From Chloroflexota bacterium (lineage in GTDB: Bacteria; Chloroflexota; Dehalococcoidia; SM23-28-2; RBG-16-64-32), in assembly GCA_029262695.1 (NCBI GenBank), contig JAJCYV010000027.1, positions 811-64,810 on the forward strand: a stretch of DNA of 64,000 nt. The letters are read 5' to 3'. Position numbers and translations under genes: made by a program. Below, piece after piece: positions 37,993-48,417 of the stretch. Position 1 is the stretch's first letter, and every line of letters begins with the position of its first letter. The notes beneath the pieces were generated by a model. That model did no database searches and was not told where the DNA came from. It saw nothing but the letters and a program-made list of their open reading frames with translations.

Positions 37993-40900
37993 ATGGATTC
38001 GATGTTCGGCCTCTCCATGAACCTGATCATGTATGTCCTGCTGGGACTGCTTGCGATCACCCTGGCTGCGATCCTGATCATCTTCCTCCGCAACAGGATC
38101 GTGTTCCTGATGGGCCTGCGCAACATCCCGCGCCGCGTCGCGCAGAGCACGCTGATCGTGATCGGGCTCATGTTGAGCACCGTGATCATCACGGCCGCAT
38201 TCACCTTCGGTGACACCGTCGACTACAGCATCACGAAGGCGACATACGATCTCTTCGGTCACGCAGACATCATCCTCGAAAGTGACACTGGCCCCGGGGT
38301 CGCTGTCGAGGATCGCGGCAGCGACGAGATATCGGGCGAGGCTTACGAGGCGTTCCTCGTCGCCGCCGACGCCTCACCGATCCTCACGAACGTGGACGGC
38401 TACATGGGCGTGCTGTGGGAGCCCGTACCGGTAATCAACGGCGGCACGAACCTCAGCGAGCCCGATGTCCTCTTTACGGGCATCGACTCAGAGCGTGCGG
38501 GCGATTTCCCGGATGTTCAAGACGTGGACTCCGGGGACCTTCTTTCAGTCGATGATCTCGGTGCTAACGAGGTCTACCTCAATGTGAGCGCTGCTGAAGA
38601 GCTGCGTGCCGAGGCAGGCTCTGTGCTCACCGTCTTTGTGTCGAACGAGCCCCGCGAATTTGTAGTACGGGCCGTTGTCGAAGACAGGGCGATGACTGGC
38701 GCGCTGGACCTGGCTTCTCCGGAAGGTATGGTAGCGAGCCTGGACGCTCTGCACGAACTGTTTGGCAGCGACGACGTGTCAGTCATCGCCGTGTCAGTCA
38801 ACGGCGGCGTGCGCGACACACTAGAGGCGTCGCCGGAGGCCGAGAGGCAGGTCCGTAGCCTCGTCGGGGCCGGGGATATCCTGCTGCGAGTGACCGACAC
38901 GAAGGCGGAGTCGGTAGACGAAGCGGAGGAGATCGGCAACTTCATGACGACGTTCTTCCTCCTTCTGGGCCTCTTCTCGATCGGCGCCGGCGTTCTGCTG
39001 ATCGTGATGATCTTCGTCATGCTGGCGGCTGAACGAAAGCCCGAGATGGGCATGGCACGAGCTGTTGGAATGAAGAGGCTACACCTCGTCGAGATGTTTG
39101 TGGCGGAGGGCACCGGCTACAACCTGGCTTCAGCGGTCGTGGGCGTCGGGATCGGAGTCACCGTTGCCTTCGCTCTGGCTACGGCGGCCTCTGCAATATT
39201 CGCGACGTTTGGCTTTTCGTTCACGCCGCACGTGACGCTGCGGACGATCGTGATCTCATACTGTCTTGGCGTCGTGCTGACGTTCCTCACCGTGACGTTC
39301 TCCTCGTGGCGTGTGTCGACGCTCAACATCGTCGCGGCCATCCGAGACACGCCGGAAGGTAGCGCACCCGATCCTGAATCGGGAACTGTGAGAGGCCTGG
39401 TACGGGCCGTTCTGAATGTCGCAGTCCTGATGACCGGAATCGGCCTGTTCATGCTGCTTCTTAAGGGCGAGATGTTCGCCGCCCCGAGGGAGCGTCGCGT
39501 GCCACAACCCGGGGCCTCGATGTTCCCGTTCCCGGCGGGCGTGCTCGGTTTTCCGATCTATCAGTTGAACAACCTGCTCGCTGAGCGCCGCCCGATCCCT
39601 GTCTGGCCGTCCGCTCTGTTCTTACCGGGTGTTGTCCTTGTCGGCGCAAGCGGTGCGGGCCTGCCTTCGTTTCTTGCCGTCATGGCGGCACTCGCGGGGA
39701 TCGCTGGTGTGTACATCGGACTGGCGTACTTTGTCGCCGTCGTGGTGTTCCGACTTGCTCGCGATCATCGGCCAGCAGACCCGCCATGGTGGCTGATAGT
39801 TCCCGGAGTCGTCTTACCGTTTCCAGTCGGCATGATAGCGGTTGGGCTCCAGAGTCCGCGCACGCGTGTCAACTGGAGTATCGGCATCTGGGCTCCGCTG
39901 ATGATTGGCAGTGTCTTCCTGGTTATGCAGGGGCTTCAGGGCGATTCCGCTTTCCCGTTCGCGCTGGGCTTTACGGTGATCACCGTGGGCGCTGCCGTCT
40001 GCGCGACGTACTTCGGCGCTCCGGCCCGCCCCGCCTACACTGCGATGTCGCTCTTCTTGCTCTTGTTCTGGGGCTTCACTGCCGGGAACCGTCTGGAGTG
40101 GCTCTTTGGCAGGCTGGACGGCGATATCGAGATGTTCTTCCTAAGTGGCGTAGCGATGGTGACGGCCTCGACGTTCTTCATCATCTACAACGTGGACATT
40201 CTGTTAGCGTTCCTGTCGCGGGTCGGGGGCGCATTCGGGCCCATCCTGCCGTCGCTGCGGACCGCTATTGCATACCCGATGGCGAACCGGTTCCGCACTG
40301 GCATGACACTGGCGATGATCTCGCTTGTCGTCTTCTCGCTGACGACGATGTCGGCGATGAATCTGAACTATGACAAGCTGTTCCTGCAGGACGAGTCGCG
40401 GGGCGGCTGGGACGTGCAGGTTGTCGAGAACCCCAACAACCCGATGGCGAGCGTCAAGCAGGTGCTCCAGCAGGGCGACAGCCCCGTCGCAGAGCAGATC
40501 GCGGCGGAAGGCGCACTGCTGATCTCTGGTTTTGCGGAGGCCGATGTCCGTCAGGGTCCTGACTGGGGTGACGAGTATCCGGTACTAGGTCTCTCCGATA
40601 GCTTCATCGAAAACGGCAGCGTGCCAATCGATAAGGTTGCGAACGGTTACGCTGACGCGGACGCCGTCTGGGAGGCGCTGCTAACGGAGCCCGATGCGGC
40701 GATCGTCGACGGCTTCGTGATCCAGGGCGGCTTTGGCAACAACGAGTTCTCGATCAGCGGCATTGATACGCAGGAGGATACGTTCGATCAGCAGTTCATC
40801 ACCGTCCTTGATTCGACATCAGGCATTTCGCAAGGTCTCCGCGTGATCGGCGTGATCGACTTCGGTGCAAGCGCCAACTTCATGGGGATATTCACGGGTG

Positions 40901-41478
40901 CGGAGACGTTCCAGAACGTCTTCGGGCCACCGGAGCTATCGGTCCACTTCGTCGCGCTCACCAACCCGGACGACTCACGGGACGTGGCTCGCGATATTGA
41001 GGCGGCGCTGGTGACGACGGGGGCACAGGCGGACTCGCTCCAGGAGATTGCGGAAGAGAACAACGCTCTATCGCGCAACTTCCTGTACTTGATGCAGGCG
41101 TTCATGGGCCTCGGCCTCGTCGTCGGTGTGGCCGGGGTCGGCGTGATCGCCTTCCGCACGGTGGTGGAAAGGCGGCAGCAGATCGGTATGCTGCGGGCGA
41201 TCGGCTACAAGAAGAGTATGGTGTCGCTCAGCTTCATGATGGAGTCTTCGTTCGTAACTGTCCTCGGCGTGCTCTCCGGCGTCGGCCTTGGTCTCTGGCT
41301 GGCCTACTTCCTGGTGACGAGCGACGATTTCCCCGGCGATGGCGGCAACTTCTACGTGCCGTGGCCGCAGATCGCTTTCATCGGCGGCGTGACGATCTTC
41401 GCTTCGCTGCTGATGACGATTATTCCGTCGCGCCAGGCGTCGAGTGTTCCCACGGCCGAAGCGTTGCGCTACGAGTAG
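37993..41478 (+). CDS. Large FtsX-like ABC permease (duplicated FtsX domains)
   Basis: ERKPEMGMARAVG and ERRQQIGMLRAIG motifs; C-terminal AEALRYE. Confidence 0.9.
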   Translation: MDSMFGLSMNLIMYVLLGLLAITLAAILIIFLRNRIVFLMGLRNIPRRVAQSTLIVIGLMLSTVIITAAFTFGDTVDYSITKATYDLFGHADIILESDTGPGVAVEDRGSDEISGEAYEAFLVAADASPILTNVDGYMGVLWEPVPVINGGTNLSEPDVLFTGIDSERAGDFPDVQDVDSGDLLSVDDLGANEVYLNVSAAEELRAEAGSVLTVFVSNEPREFVVRAVVEDRAMTGALDLASPEGMVASLDALHELFGSDDVSVIAVSVNGGVRDTLEASPEAERQVRSLVGAGDILLRVTDTKAESVDEAEEIGNFMTTFFLLLGLFSIGAGVLLIVMIFVMLAAERKPEMGMARAVGMKRLHLVEMFVAEGTGYNLASAVVGVGIGVTVAFALATAASAIFATFGFSFTPHVTLRTIVISYCLGVVLTFLTVTFSSWRVSTLNIVAAIRDTPEGSAPDPESGTVRGLVRAVLNVAVLMTGIGLFMLLLKGEMFAAPRERRVPQPGASMFPFPAGVLGFPIYQLNNLLAERRPIPVWPSALFLPGVVLVGASGAGLPSFLAVMAALAGIAGVYIGLAYFVAVVVFRLARDHRPADPPWWLIVPGVVLPFPVGMIAVGLQSPRTRVNWSIGIWAPLMIGSVFLVMQGLQGDSAFPFALGFTVITVGAAVCATYFGAPARPAYTAMSLFLLLFWGFTAGNRLEWLFGRLDGDIEMFFLSGVAMVTASTFFIIYNVDILLAFLSRVGGAFGPILPSLRTAIAYPMANRFRTGMTLAMISLVVFSLTTMSAMNLNYDKLFLQDESRGGWDVQVVENPNNPMASVKQVLQQGDSPVAEQIAAEGALLISGFAEADVRQGPDWGDEYPVLGLSDSFIENGSVPIDKVANGYADADAVWEALLTEPDAAIVDGFVIQGGFGNNEFSISGIDTQEDTFDQQFITVLDSTSGISQGLRVIGVIDFGASANFMGIFTGAETFQNVFGPPELSVHFVALTNPDDSRDVARDIEAALVTTGAQADSLQEIAEENNALSRNFLYLMQAFMGLGLVVGVAGVGVIAFRTVVERRQQIGMLRAIGYKKSMVSLSFMMESSFVTVLGVLSGVGLGLWLAYFLVTSDDFPGDGGNFYVPWPQIAFIGGVTIFASLLMTIIPSRQASSVPTAEALRYE

Positions 41479-41484
41479 CCGCCG

Positions 41485-42687
41485 TCAGGGGATGACGCCC
41501 CGCTCCTTGAGCGGGATGATCTGCTCCCAGTCGTAGCCGAGTTCCAGCAGCACTTCCTCCGTGTGCTGGCCCAACTCCGGGGCGATACCCGTCGGCTCCC
41601 AGCGTGTGACGGAGAAGTCGGCTGGCGTGGCGACCATCTCGATCGGTCCGTCCGGTCCGGGCACCTGTACGAAGGCGCCCGACTCACGGACCATCTCGTC
41701 GGTGGCCACCTCGTGGATATGGTTTACGGGCGCCCACCAGACGTCGTGCTCATTGAACGCCGCTGCCAACTCGGCCATCGGTTTTGCTGCGAACACCGTG
41801 TCGAGTTCCTCGACGAGCTGGGGGCCGTTGGCGCGCCGTGCTTCGATGTTGGAGAAGCGCTCGTTCGTCAGCAAGTCCTCACGGCTGAGGGCGCGGCAGA
41901 GGTCCGGCCAGTGACGGTCGGCCTGGAGGAGGAGCAGCCAGAACCACTTTGCGTCGCCGGCCCTGTAGCAGGTGAGGATCGGGTTGACGGCGTGCTCCCG
42001 GTCGTATGGCGCGATGGGCATGCCTATGCGAGTCGACAGCATCACGTCCCAACCGATCATGTAGACGCCCACGCGAACCAGCGGTACCGAGACGAGTTGC
42101 CCGTCGCCGGTCTTCTCGCGGTTCCAGAGCGCGGCGCAGACGGCTCCGGCGCAGGCCTGGCCGGTCATGTGGTCGCCCATGCCGCCGCGCTGCTGGGGGA
42201 TGGCGGCGCCCGGCGGGGTGAGCGACATGGCGACGCCGGCCTGCGCCCAGAACGCTCCGATGTCGTAGGCGGCGGTATCGCGCGACGTGGTCTCCGGGCC
42301 ATAGCCTGTCACCTGGCCGTAGACGAGGCGCGGAAAGCGCGCGTGCAGCGTCTCGTAGTCCATTCCGTATTCATCCAGCACGCGGGGGCGGTTGTTGGTA
42401 ACGAAGACATCGGCGTCGGCGATGAGCTTATAGGCGATCTCCTTCGCCTCCTCCTTTTGCAGGTCGAGAACGACGCTCCGCTAGCCGCGGTTGTCCAGCT
42501 CGAACGGTGGGTTGAGCTCGGCCGGCGTGCCCATGAGCGAGGCGAAGAGACCGCGGAACGGATCGCCCGACGGTGGCTCGATCTTGATGACGTCGGCGCC
42601 CCAATCGCCGAGGATGGCGGCGCAGGACGGCCCGGCGACCCAGAGGCCCATCTCCACCACTTTGATGCCTGCCAGTGGCCCCGCCAT
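41485..42687 (-). pseudogene. Family III (CaiB/BaiF) CoA-transferase interrupted by one in-frame TAG at codon 69 (42481-42483)
   Basis: The 68-aa and 298-aa ORFs are in frame and read ...FELDNRG*RSVVLDL... where the family has NRGKRS; catalytic GD retained. Confidence 0.85.
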
Positions 42688-43110
42688 ATCGCTGCTCCCT
42701 TCGCCCCGCTCCCTCTGAGCGAGATGCGGGGATTGTATCGAGCGAAGGGAATCCCCGGCAAGGAGGCGCGCCGGGCGCCGCGATCAGATGGGGACAGGGA
42801 GCCGGGGTAGAGTGGGCCTGCACTTCTTCTCAGACGAGCCGATCTCGGACCTGAGTCCCCTTCGCTCCTCGGCGTCGGCGCCCCGGTCCACATTGGCGGG
42901 GCAATATTTCCTTTTCTAGATTTTGTTACTCCCGCGCCCTTTCCGCGTCATTAGCAAAGGATGCGTTGGTCGGGGCACTCTCGGCGGCGCCTCCGGAAAC
43001 GGCAGATCGCTGCACCAGACGCGGATCGTTGCCCGACAGAGGTGGGAACACTCACAAGTCGGTCACAAGAAGGTCCAGCGTGTGGGGCGGCATAAGGAGG
43101 ACAGGCGCAG

Positions 43111-44829
43111 ATGAATCTTCAAGGCAGAGGCAGGCTTTGGCCGCTGATGCTCCTCACCGCAGTGCTGGCGCTGACCGTTGCCTGCATGGGAGCACAGGGG
43201 GACAACGCAGCACCGACTGACGGACCGGGCGCCGCTGAGCGCATCGACGGTGGCGACATGGTCGTTCAGGGAAACGAGCCGGACTCGCTCGATCCCCACT
43301 GGTCGGCTTTCCAGCCGGACATCTCGCTGGAGCGAATGCTCTGGCGCGGCCTGTACTGGCTGGACGAGAACGAGGAGGTCCAGCCGTCCATGGCGGCTGC
43401 GATGCCTGTGGTCTCGGCTGACGGCATGACTTACACGATCACGCTGCGCGATGGGTTGCTATGGTCGGACGGCGATGACCTGACGGCCGAGGACTTCGTG
43501 CTGGGCATCGAGCGGACCTGCAACCCGGACAACGCCGGCCAGTATCAGTTCGCGCTGACGTCCATCGTTGGCTGTGACGACTACGCTTACGCCGCCGAAC
43601 CAACGGATGAGGAAAAGGCGGAGCTTCGCGCGGGCCTTGGCGTGACCGCGATCGACGACGCGACGGTCGAAATCACGCTGGCGAACCCGCAGCCGACGTT
43701 CTCCATCGTCCTCTCGCTTTGGATGACGTTCCCGGTACCCGCGCACCTGCTTCCCGAACCGGGCGAGGCGTGGCCGGCCGGTCCGGACGCCCCCGAGGCA
43801 CTGGCGTTCAACGGCCCGTACGTGCTGACGGAGTACGTCCCGCAGGACCACGCGACGCTGGCGACGAACCCGAACTGGGCTGCGCCCAACGGCGTTTCTC
43901 CCACGCTGGATAGCCTGACTGTGCGGTTCATCGACGACATCGGGTCGGCGAACAACGCCTACCGGACGGACGAACTCCACTTCGCGCTCGCGGACACGAC
44001 CGTGCTATCCGCTGTCGTTTCTGAGTTTGGCGATGGCCGTGAGTACTTCCAGTCAGTCACTCCCAGCACTCGCGGGCTCCAGATGAACCTTGGCCGTGAG
44101 CCGCTGGACAACGTGGACGTTCGCCTGGCGCTCTCGCAGGCGATCGACCGCCAGGCCCTCGTGGACGTGGTCGCGAACGGCGCACACCAGGCGACTACGA
44201 GCTGGATTCCGGGCTTCGTCCCGGCCGGCGCCGCGCCGGACGCCTTCGAGGCCTGCTGCGGGTTCGATCCAGAGGCTGCTCGTCAGCACCTGGCGGACGC
44301 CGGCTATCCGGACGGCGAGGGCTTCCCCGGGGGTCTCTCTCTGCTGATCGGCGACTCTCCGGAGGCTCAGGACACTGCCGCGTTCCTCCAGGACGCGTTC
44401 AAGACGCACCTGAACATCGACATTGAGATCGAGGTGGTGGACGGAGCGACTCGCGCCGATCGCTTCTACTCCATCGACTACGATCTGTTCATCGGCGGCT
44501 GGGCCCAGGACTACCATGACCCGGAGACGTGGGTCGTGGGGCTCTTCGAGACCGGCAGCTTCATCAACTTCACGAACTGCAGCAACGAGGAGATCGACCA
44601 GCTGATCGCGGACAACCTGTCCAACGCTGACGATGAAGCGCGTCTCGCGGCCTACGCTCGCGTCAACGAAATCATCGTCACGACCGTATGCGGTATTGCG
44701 CCTTTCTGGCACGAGAACTCGCATTTCCTTATCAAGCCGGACGTTGTCGGCATGAGCGAAAACGCCAGCGCCCAGAACGCCATTCAGGCGGGCGACTGGA
44801 TCGCTGAAGCCTGGGGCTTTTCAGAGTAG
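43111..44829 (+). CDS. oppA: Peptide/family-5 ABC substrate-binding lipoprotein
   Basis: Lipobox TVAC; EPDSLDP, WSDGDDLTAEDFV, NGPY and VRLALSQAIDR. Confidence 0.88.
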   Translation: MNLQGRGRLWPLMLLTAVLALTVACMGAQGDNAAPTDGPGAAERIDGGDMVVQGNEPDSLDPHWSAFQPDISLERMLWRGLYWLDENEEVQPSMAAAMPVVSADGMTYTITLRDGLLWSDGDDLTAEDFVLGIERTCNPDNAGQYQFALTSIVGCDDYAYAAEPTDEEKAELRAGLGVTAIDDATVEITLANPQPTFSIVLSLWMTFPVPAHLLPEPGEAWPAGPDAPEALAFNGPYVLTEYVPQDHATLATNPNWAAPNGVSPTLDSLTVRFIDDIGSANNAYRTDELHFALADTTVLSAVVSEFGDGREYFQSVTPSTRGLQMNLGREPLDNVDVRLALSQAIDRQALVDVVANGAHQATTSWIPGFVPAGAAPDAFEACCGFDPEAARQHLADAGYPDGEGFPGGLSLLIGDSPEAQDTAAFLQDAFKTHLNIDIEIEVVDGATRADRFYSIDYDLFIGGWAQDYHDPETWVVGLFETGSFINFTNCSNEEIDQLIADNLSNADDEARLAAYARVNEIIVTTVCGIAPFWHENSHFLIKPDVVGMSENASAQNAIQAGDWIAEAWGFSE

Positions 44830-44854
44830 CCATAGACAGGCTCAAGAAGATGCA

Positions 44855-44893
44855 GGGCGTCCGGGCGGGCTGTGATGAGTCCCCCGGACGCCC
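44855..44893 (+). terminator. Intercistronic hairpin after oppA
   Basis: GGGCGTCCGGG...CCCGGACGCCC inverted repeat. Confidence 0.5.
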
Positions 44894-44938
44894 TGTTGTC
44901 TCGGGGGCCGTCGCCGCGCCCACGGCCGGGCCTTCGCG

Positions 44939-45925
44939 ATGACTGCTTATGTGATCCGCCGCCTCCTATGGCTCATCCCGCTTCTGTGGGCGGTTGCGAC
45001 GATCACTTTCCTCGTGATGAATCTAGTCCCGGGCGGGCCCTTCGATTCGAACGAAAAGCTGCAGCCGGCGACGCGCGAGTTGCTCGAAGAGCGCTACAAC
45101 CTCGATAAGCCGGTCTACGAGCAGTACTACTACTACATGCGTGACCTCGTCCTCGTCGACGTTGGAAGCGAGCCGCCGTTCATCTACCCTGATCTCGGAA
45201 CGTCGTTCACACAGGACCGTGAAGTGACGGACATCATCCGCGACGGATTCACCGTCTCAGCACAGCTGGGTCTGAGCGCGTTCGTCTTCGCGCTGGTCTT
45301 CGGCATGTCGCTGGGAATCGTTTCGGCGCTCAACCAGAATAGCGCGCTCGACTACTTCGGTGTGTTCTTATCCACGCTTGGCGCCGCCGTGCCATCGTTC
45401 GTGATCGCCACAGTTGGCGTGCTCGTCTTCGCGGTCGAACTCGGCTGGTTCGATGTGCTCGGGTGGGGCGGCCCGGCCTGGCATGAGATGTGGAACCCGC
45501 TGGCGTGGGACTGGCGGAAGGTCGTCCTGCCGGTCGTCTCGCTTGGCCTGCTGCCGATGGCGTTCATCGCACGCATCACGCGGGCCAGCATGCTGGAAGT
45601 GCTACGAGAGGACTACGTTCGCGCCGCGCGCTCACGCGGCCTTTCGGAGCGGCTCGTTATCGTCAGGCATGTGGTAAAGAACTCGCTGATACCGATATTG
45701 ACGGTGGCGGGGCCGATGTTCGCTGCGCTGGTCACGGGCTCGTTCATCGTCGAGCGCATATTCGCTATCAACGGGATCGGCGCTCCCTTTGTCGACGCTG
45801 TGTTCCGCCGCGACTACGGCGTCATCATGGGAACGACGATCTTCTACGCGTCGGCGGTCGTGATCGCCAACCTCGTTGTTGACGTGCTCTACGCTGCGGT
45901 GGATCCAAGGATTCGGTACTCCTGA
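44939..45925 (+). CDS. oppB: Peptide ABC permease
   Basis: YVIRRLL, PGGPF, EDYVRAARSRGL and DPRIRY. Confidence 0.9.
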   Translation: MTAYVIRRLLWLIPLLWAVATITFLVMNLVPGGPFDSNEKLQPATRELLEERYNLDKPVYEQYYYYMRDLVLVDVGSEPPFIYPDLGTSFTQDREVTDIIRDGFTVSAQLGLSAFVFALVFGMSLGIVSALNQNSALDYFGVFLSTLGAAVPSFVIATVGVLVFAVELGWFDVLGWGGPAWHEMWNPLAWDWRKVVLPVVSLGLLPMAFIARITRASMLEVLREDYVRAARSRGLSERLVIVRHVVKNSLIPILTVAGPMFAALVTGSFIVERIFAINGIGAPFVDAVFRRDYGVIMGTTIFYASAVVIANLVVDVLYAAVDPRIRYS

Positions 45926-46854
45926 TGGCGCACGCGAGGGCCATGTCGCTCCCTGACCACCTGGCTGCCGATGCGGGTGGTAAGAGACGCGGCGTCTGGC
46001 TTGACGCGCTCAGGCGCTTGAGCCGCAACCGTCCGGCGATGATCTCCTTGTGCGTGCTGGCAGCGATCTTCGTGCTGGCCGCGCTCGGGAACTACGTTGA
46101 CGCGATCCAGCGCTACGACCCGGCGGCGCTGAACTACGAAGACGGGACGAAGACAGGCCCCAGCTGGGAGCACTTCCTGGGCCAGGACCACCTGGGTCGC
46201 GATACCTGGGCGCGCGTTCTCCAGGGCACGTGGATCTCGCTTCGCGTCGGCCTTGGCGTCGCCGCCATCGCCCTTATCGTCGGCGTTCTCGTCGGTGGCG
46301 CCGCGGCGATGACCGGCAGTGCCGGCGACAACATCCTGATGCGGGTTACGGACGCACTGTACGCTTTTCCCGATCTGCTGTTCATCATCCTGCTGCGTGC
46401 GGTCCTCGCCGGCCGCGACGTGCCGGGAGGCGACGTGGCGATCATTATCTTCGCGATCGCCTTCGTCAGCTGGATGACCGTCGCCCGCCTTGTCCGCGGC
46501 CAGATGCTATCGCTGGCCAAGAGCGACTACGTAACGGCGGCCAGGGCGCTGGGCGCGTCACAGGCGCGAATCGTCTTCTTGCACATGCTGCCGAACGCGC
46601 TCGGCCCCGTTATCGTCGCGATCACGTTCGCGATCCCCGTGGCTATCTTCGCCGAATCGGCGCTGGCTTTCATCGGTTTCGGGGTTGCCCCACCAGCGGC
46701 GAGCCTCGGCACGCTGATCGACGAGGGTCACCGCCAGATCATCGAAACGAAGTGGATGTTGATCTTCCCGGCGTCGGTGCTGGCGCTGCTGATGCTCTGC
46801 TTCACGTTCGTTGGAGACGGCCTGCGGGACGCCCTTGACCCAAGAGGGCGCTGA
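45925..46854 (+). CDS. oppC: Peptide ABC permease
   Basis: HFLGQDHLGRD, ARLVRGQ, HMLPN and GDGLRDALDPR. Confidence 0.9.
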   Translation: MAHARAMSLPDHLAADAGGKRRGVWLDALRRLSRNRPAMISLCVLAAIFVLAALGNYVDAIQRYDPAALNYEDGTKTGPSWEHFLGQDHLGRDTWARVLQGTWISLRVGLGVAAIALIVGVLVGGAAAMTGSAGDNILMRVTDALYAFPDLLFIILLRAVLAGRDVPGGDVAIIIFAIAFVSWMTVARLVRGQMLSLAKSDYVTAARALGASQARIVFLHMLPNALGPVIVAITFAIPVAIFAESALAFIGFGVAPPAASLGTLIDEGHRQIIETKWMLIFPASVLALLMLCFTFVGDGLRDALDPRGR

Positions 46855-47009
46855 GGGCGCCTGTCCCGGCGCTGTCATCTTCTCCGGACCGTGGTAACGT
46901 ACGGACTGCCGTCTGGCCGTTAGCGTTAGGATGCGATGCGCCACGGAGCTGACGGCGTCTTTTCGTGACACGTTTGAGATGGCGATTCCGGAAGGTGGGA
47001 GGGACTCGA

Positions 47010-48371
47010 ATGACTCGGATTATTCTAGCTTCGCTGGTTGCGCTCACGGTGGGCGTCCTGCTGCTGACGACTGCCAACACGAAGCGGACTGACGCCGTCT
47101 TCCCCGGGACGAACGGCAGGATCGTCTTCATTGACGAGTCGGGTGGCGAAAACCACCTTTCGACGATGAACCCGGACGGAAGTGACCGGACGCAGATTAC
47201 GACGCCGGGATTCTGGGACCTGGAACCGGCGGCCGGCCCCGACCGCGGTTCGATAGCGTTCCGCCACCTCTTCCTCGGGGGTTCCACGGACGATGGGATC
47301 TGGTACACGGAGAACGGCACGGTGCACAGAATTCCCAATACCAGTGGCAGCACTTACGGTCCGGCCTGGGCACCCACTGGTGACCGGGTTGCGTTCGATA
47401 GCTCTACGGGTCTGCCCAACGCCGACATCTTCGCCATCAACCTGGACGGCACGGGACTTGCGAACTTGACGAACTCACCCGCGGGAAACGAATTCAGCGC
47501 CGCGTGGTCGCCTCTCGGGGATAAGATCGCCTACGTGCGCCAGACGGGCGCGCTCGGCGAGGGCGACATTTGGGTGATGAACGCGGACGGCAGCGGCCAG
47601 ACCAACCTGTCCAACACACCAGCCGACGAGGAAGGCAACCCGTCGTGGTCCCCTGATGGAGCGCGGATCATCTTCAATCACGCCGCAGCGGTGACGGTCT
47701 CCGGCGGCGGCAACACCGGCGCGATCAACATCGCCGTGATGAACGCCGACGGCACTGGCTTCGAGCTGGTCACAAACGACCCGGGCCTTCACCAGTTCGA
47801 CCCGACTTTCTCACCGGACGGAACGCGGATAGCGTTCGGGCAGGTGGTGGCGGCCGTTGGCGCCGCTCTGTTCCTGCCGGAGCAGAGCATCATCGTCGCC
47901 AACCCGGACGGGACCGGCGCATTCAGCATTTCGCCGCCCGGCGCGAGGGACACCCGCGTTGACTGGGGCGTCGACGAGGCAGCCACGCCGTCGCCAACGC
48001 CGTCGCCAACGCCGTCGCCGACACCCTCACCAACACCCTCGCCGACCCCGACGACCTCGCCGACACCGACACCGGAACCGGAAACGCTCATCTGGGGCGA
48101 CCACAACTGCTCGGAATCGGCAGACCCGGTCGACTCGCTGCTGACGCTCCGGCACGACGCCGGCCTGAGCGCCGCGACGGGCGACTGTCCGGAGATGGGG
48201 CAAGTGGTCGACGTGCAGAACGCCTCGCTTCACGTGTGGGGCGACGTGGATTGCGGTGGTGACGTCACGCCGGTCGATTCGCTGAAGCTGTTGCGCTACG
48301 ACGCTGGTCTGAGTGTGACGCAGGAAGCCGGCTGTCCGCCCATGGGCGGCGAAGTAACCGTCTTCGAGTAG
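47010..48371 (+). CDS. Secreted TolB-like (PD40) beta-propeller protein with Pro/Thr linker and C-terminal dockerin-like module
   Basis: Signal peptide, FPGTNGRIVF, repeated P.WSPDG.RI.F and MNADGS, (TPSP)n linker, WGDHNC/WGDVDC repeats; ATG 47010 with RBS GGAGGG. Confidence 0.85.
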   Translation: MTRIILASLVALTVGVLLLTTANTKRTDAVFPGTNGRIVFIDESGGENHLSTMNPDGSDRTQITTPGFWDLEPAAGPDRGSIAFRHLFLGGSTDDGIWYTENGTVHRIPNTSGSTYGPAWAPTGDRVAFDSSTGLPNADIFAINLDGTGLANLTNSPAGNEFSAAWSPLGDKIAYVRQTGALGEGDIWVMNADGSGQTNLSNTPADEEGNPSWSPDGARIIFNHAAAVTVSGGGNTGAINIAVMNADGTGFELVTNDPGLHQFDPTFSPDGTRIAFGQVVAAVGAALFLPEQSIIVANPDGTGAFSISPPGARDTRVDWGVDEAATPSPTPSPTPSPTPSPTPSPTPTTSPTPTPEPETLIWGDHNCSESADPVDSLLTLRHDAGLSAATGDCPEMGQVVDVQNASLHVWGDVDCGGDVTPVDSLKLLRYDAGLSVTQEAGCPPMGGEVTVFE

Positions 48372-48383
48372 CCGAAAGACGAA

Positions 48384-48407
48384 ACCGGCCCCGCGAAGGG
48401 GCCGGTT
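48384..48407. terminator. Terminator-like hairpin between the propeller gene and the tRNA-Phe fragment
   Basis: ACCGGCCCC-GCGAA-GGGGCCGGT; a near-identical hairpin lies at 49632-49654. Confidence 0.6.
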
Positions 48408-48417
48408 CGCATTTGCG

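Noticed and set aside
41485-42687. Genome-wide TAG recoding
   Set aside because: relA, pcrA, ald, oppA and many others end at TAG at their expected C-termini, and RF1 is intact
47984-48080. 12-bp tandem repeat ACGCCGTCGCCA as a CRISPR array or VNTR element
   Set aside because: It encodes the (TPSP)n linker of the secreted protein and has no spacers
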